This document shows, in pieces, positions 60,050 through 64,000 of a stretch of DNA of 64,000 nucleotides. Under the pieces are notes generated by a model that saw only the letters and a list, made by a program, of their open reading frames with translations, ran no database searches and was not told where the DNA came from. Within the stretch, counting starts at the first letter, position 1; the number at the start of each line of letters is the position of its first letter. The DNA comes from Azolla caroliniana (Eukaryota > Plantae > Polypodiophyta), in NCBI GenBank assembly GCA_043228905.1, contig JBHGNT010000010.1:3596001-3660000 (forward strand), in the 5' to 3' direction. A program made the translations under genes and the position numbers.

Positions 60050-61990
60050 ACCAGACTATGCCACTCCCTACACATGCTATCCCTCTTACCATTGACTACT
60101 CAAGTGGCATTTTTCATGTGATCTTAGCGGCATCCCCATGTTTGAGTTAAGTTCATCAGCCCACCAATAAATGTGAATCAACCGTTTGTTCAAAGATAAG
60201 CATTATTGTAGTGAGAGTTGAATCAAATGCTTGGCGATATTCCCTACAAACCCCACGAATAACATTGGTAATAATGATGCACCATTGCTATCATAGCTAG
60301 TTAACATAATGTCTCATTGTTTCATTTATTTAGATTCTAGGTGCATTACACTAGAGATCGAAGGTAAAGAATATCTATTTTGAGTGGTTACCTTATTCAA
60401 GCCTCACTAAACCACAATCAACCTAAGAGAGCCATCCTTTTGTTTATGAAAATTATGGGTGCCCAGTTGGGGATCTAGAATGTTGAATGAACCCATTTGC
60501 CACCATTCTCGTTGATGTAAGCTTGAAGAACTCCAAGTTTCAATGGTGACAAGTTGTAGATTGGCCCCCATGGTGGTTCTCTTTCTCGGTTGTATCTCAA
60601 TGAACAATTGTAAGGCCGATGTTAAGGTAGTGCATCAGCTTTCAATGTATCAAACACATATGCAAATTCTTGATACTTAGTAGTTGGAAGTTGAGCTTCT
60701 GAAATTTGAGTGACTTGGAAGGTTGTGTTGTCGCAAAAAATAAAAACATCTCTTCTTTTCGCCATTCCTTGCAATAATTCTTGAAGTGAAATGGTTGAAT
60801 TTTTATATTGTAACCTCACATATCTAGCATTGGACTTGATTACTCATGTTTGCAAATCAATTCTTGATTTGTGAAACTGAAACTACCATGGTAAACCTAG
60901 TACAATCGGGTGTTTTAGACTACTAATTATGTTGAAGGATACAACACATGCCAAAATACCCATAACAACGCATACAAGCTCAAACTCTTCAACTATATTC
61001 CTAGAAACAATAGGTTGTTCATCAATTATCATTACAAGGACTAAACAAGAAAGTTTATGCAATAATATTCCATGTACTTAGGCAAAGTCTGAAACAAGAA
61101 TTAGCTCCAGTATGTAAGAGCACTTGGACAATGAACCTTTGACCACTGGATGCACACTCAATTTTTGCTATAAAAACCTTACCATTCCCATAGATGAAGT
61201 GGAACCAACGCTAAGGACAAATTTATGACTTTTGGAATGTCCAACCAAATGGCTCCAATTTTGCTCGGACTTACAAATTTATCTCTTCATTTAATTGGCT
61301 AATAATTTCAAATTTATTAGCTAAGTTAGGATTGCTAGAATGACAGATGTCCATAATGAGCTAGAATCTCATTTATCACAAGAAATAATTTGATTTACCT
61401 AATGCCTTCGTCTATGAGGGAAATTTACAGCAATATGTCATGAACCACCACAATATAAACATAGTTCATTTGCTTGACGTCGTTGCTTTTCCTCATGCGA
61501 TAAAGGCCCTCACCTATGAGCTACATCAATTTCCATTCGTGTTGGAGAATCCTGTGGAATGGAGTTGTATGTTTTCCTTGGATACGGCTTCAATGTAACC
61601 AAAGCATAACCATGCTCTGACCTACTAGATCGTGTGATTTGTTATCATTCACTACGTCATTCAAATAGCTTATCATCACATTGTACTGCTCAACTAATCG
61701 CTTCAATTACCGATTTTGGACCATCTCCTTGTTGTAGCCAATGAATTTTATTGAATGTTGGGCTTATGCTATCTTTGTCACCAAAACAAGGCTTGAATAT
61801 TTTACAAAATCTTCAAAAGGACTTAACACTAGAGATGTTTTTTTAGGAAGTGATGCAAACCATCCTAATGTGGGCTCCATAGTGTACTCACTCATCCAAC
61901 TCTAGATGCATCAAATGGGTATATGGTTGAATATATTTAAATTATTAAATGTGCCTTGATGAGAACAAACATATAGTACAATTACCTTAA
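60050..61990 (-). mobile_element. Heavily decayed Ty3/gypsy gag-pol remnant
   Basis: Minus translation gives gag (PCFGDKD..NKIHWLQQG..AVQCDDKLFE..PTRMEID..GPLSHEEKQRRQANELCLYC), a protease-like segment (VLLHTGANSCF), KYQEFAYVF..KADALP and the RT start (KQKDGSLRL). No LTRs identified. Confidence 0.78.
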
Positions 61991-64000
61991 TGGTTTGTGC
62001 TTCATAGTGTGATTTATGAGGTCATTGCCTCAAGCCTCCCAAATGACAAGTAGACAATGATAGGATCTTGCCTAACAACATTATAGTGATTCTCATGTAG
62101 AATGTTTTTTAAGTATGATGTAGGATTTAGTAAAGTATCGAAAGATGATACAACATTATATTTTTTTCTTTGTTTCACAAAGTTACATTATGTAGTTGTT
62201 GATGAATGCTTGGGCAATCACCCAAGCTTCATCCTTCTATGTGAAACCAACATCCTTCACATTGTCAGCGAGTTCAAAAGACTCTGGTGGGATTTAGTTC
62301 GTAATTTTGTTTTGAACTTGCCTATTTGTAGACAACCTATATTTTTTGAAAGTTTCATGTGATGCTTAACATCAATTTTTTGTCATTCTAGATCATTACC
62401 CGTAGCTTTTATTATCTTGTAGAATCTTTCTATGGTGCACCTCCAACAACATTGTAGCCATGATGACAATCTGGCATTGAAAATGTTGCATATGACCATG
62501 TTAGATCATATTAGCATACAATCAATGAAGTTTTTGAAAAGAAAGAAGTATTGGATGTGAGTTGGTGAGTCCCAACATGGAGTTGGTCTAACAAAGAAGA
62601 ATGAAGTACGCCAAATGGACAGAGATGTCTAGATTGTACAACAATGCACATTATTCGTGAAGATCATACATATGTCTCTCTTGAATTTGGTAAGTCGTGA
62701 TTGAAGTGGAATTTTATTCAGATGATAATAGCAAGTTGTAATTTAGATGGATAAACATGAATTATATATGGTAATGTCATATGAGTATGTTGCATTACCA
62801 TAAATGAAAATGTGTGGTTTTAATTGTTGTTTTAGTTTTTTCGCAGTTCTAGGATAACCTTACATGTCTTTGTTTTCAATAAGTTAACATTAATAGCCAA
62901 CAAATGTTGTGAGATTACTAGCCATGAGTGGGAAAGCTAATATGCGGCCATGTTTGAAAACGTAAAATCTTTAATGATTTATTAAGTTTCACAAGGGACT
63001 TGGAGTGCACCACTATGATTACAATTCCAAATTATATACACAACATAAACTACAAATTCTAAGCAATGCATTAAATGTAATCATAATGATTACAAATGTA
63101 CATGAAGAGCTTACAGAATCCTAAAGCTCCAACTTACAAATGTCATCATTTTCTAATGTAAATGAAGGGGGAAAGTGGTAAGAACATTAACTTCCGAATT
63201 CAATTTCAATACGTCCATGAGTGAGACACATGTGAACTTTGAAGGTTTATATATATGCATATATAAGATCGAATTGAAGAAAAAGCAATGAAACCTTAGA
63301 TTCGGTTGTGGCCAAATCTCTAACAGTCAATAATTACCTTTGACTTAACATTAAATTGGTCATGGGGTAGGACCAAGAATGTAGGGATCATGCAACGAGA
63401 GGAAGGAATCAAAGTAGTGGAAATTTTAATTTCAATTGATTTATTCTTGTAATGATGATGGTGATGATGATTATGGCCATGTTAAGAGTTGATTAGACTT
63501 TAAGAAATTCCTACATTTGTTTTTATAAAGGGGGAAAGTGGAATGGAAAAGCAACCTTAGGACGGCAACATAAATAAAGAACAAGGAAAAAGGACAAAGT
63601 GGAAAAAGTGAACTATAATTTCCTCACTTCCCCAAGGACTAGAAAACACCATTGGAATTCTATCCAGGAATCTATACATTTTGGCACAACAAACCCTTCA
63701 TGTGAAAAGAGATCCTTTTTGGGAAAGCAAATAATATCACCATTTGCCATACTTTCATTCAATTATCTAGGGCAATCTAGACCAACAAAAATAATAAAGT
63801 TTTCAACAATGTAAATGGAACTCTAATCCATGATTTTAGATGTTTACCATTGAATCAAGGTATTCTCTAAGTGGCCTTAAAACAAAACAAGAAGGAAAGT
63901 GGAGATGCTCATCACTTGTAGCTTGTAGGAAAGAAAAGTGTGTTGCCACACATGATTCAAAAAGAACCTAGAAAGAAGAAATGGAAACTTGGTTAGAGAT

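Noticed and set aside
62050-64000. Possible transposase or gene remnants at the window end
   Set aside because: No recognisable domain, termini or consistent splice pattern.

Overview
Plant nuclear DNA with spliceosomal genes separated by transposon debris. A fern or another non-flowering land plant is my inference from the chromodomain Ty3/gypsy and RTE-like LINE remnants and from protein divergence; it is not proven. Five host genes are well supported: a plastid-type P-class PPR gene resembling the SOT1/SVR7 PPR-SMR group (minus strand, runs off the window start), a conserved uncharacterised single-TM protein (6821-9888), a 16-exon protease-dead FtsHi4 (minus, 11808-21345), SAR1 (35421-37438), and a 7-exon histidine-phosphatase/phosphoglycerate-mutase (CA1P-phosphatase-like) gene (minus, 49381-59078) whose last intron is about 7.4 kb. 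A probable small-protein gene of the plant 'MEGL(I/V)P' type lies at 39153-39389. Mobile DNA includes a gag+integrase-only chromovirus with both LTRs, a full-length decayed Ty1/copia, solo-LTR-like pieces, LINE fragments, two TIR MITEs and a dimeric ~360-bp tandem array. The most unusual structure is inside the large PGM intron: two diverged Ty3/gypsy gag-like reading frames point away from a symmetric, triplicated 151-bp unit that has an outward-facing TATA box at each end. All alignments and family assignments were made by eye and from memory; no searches were run.
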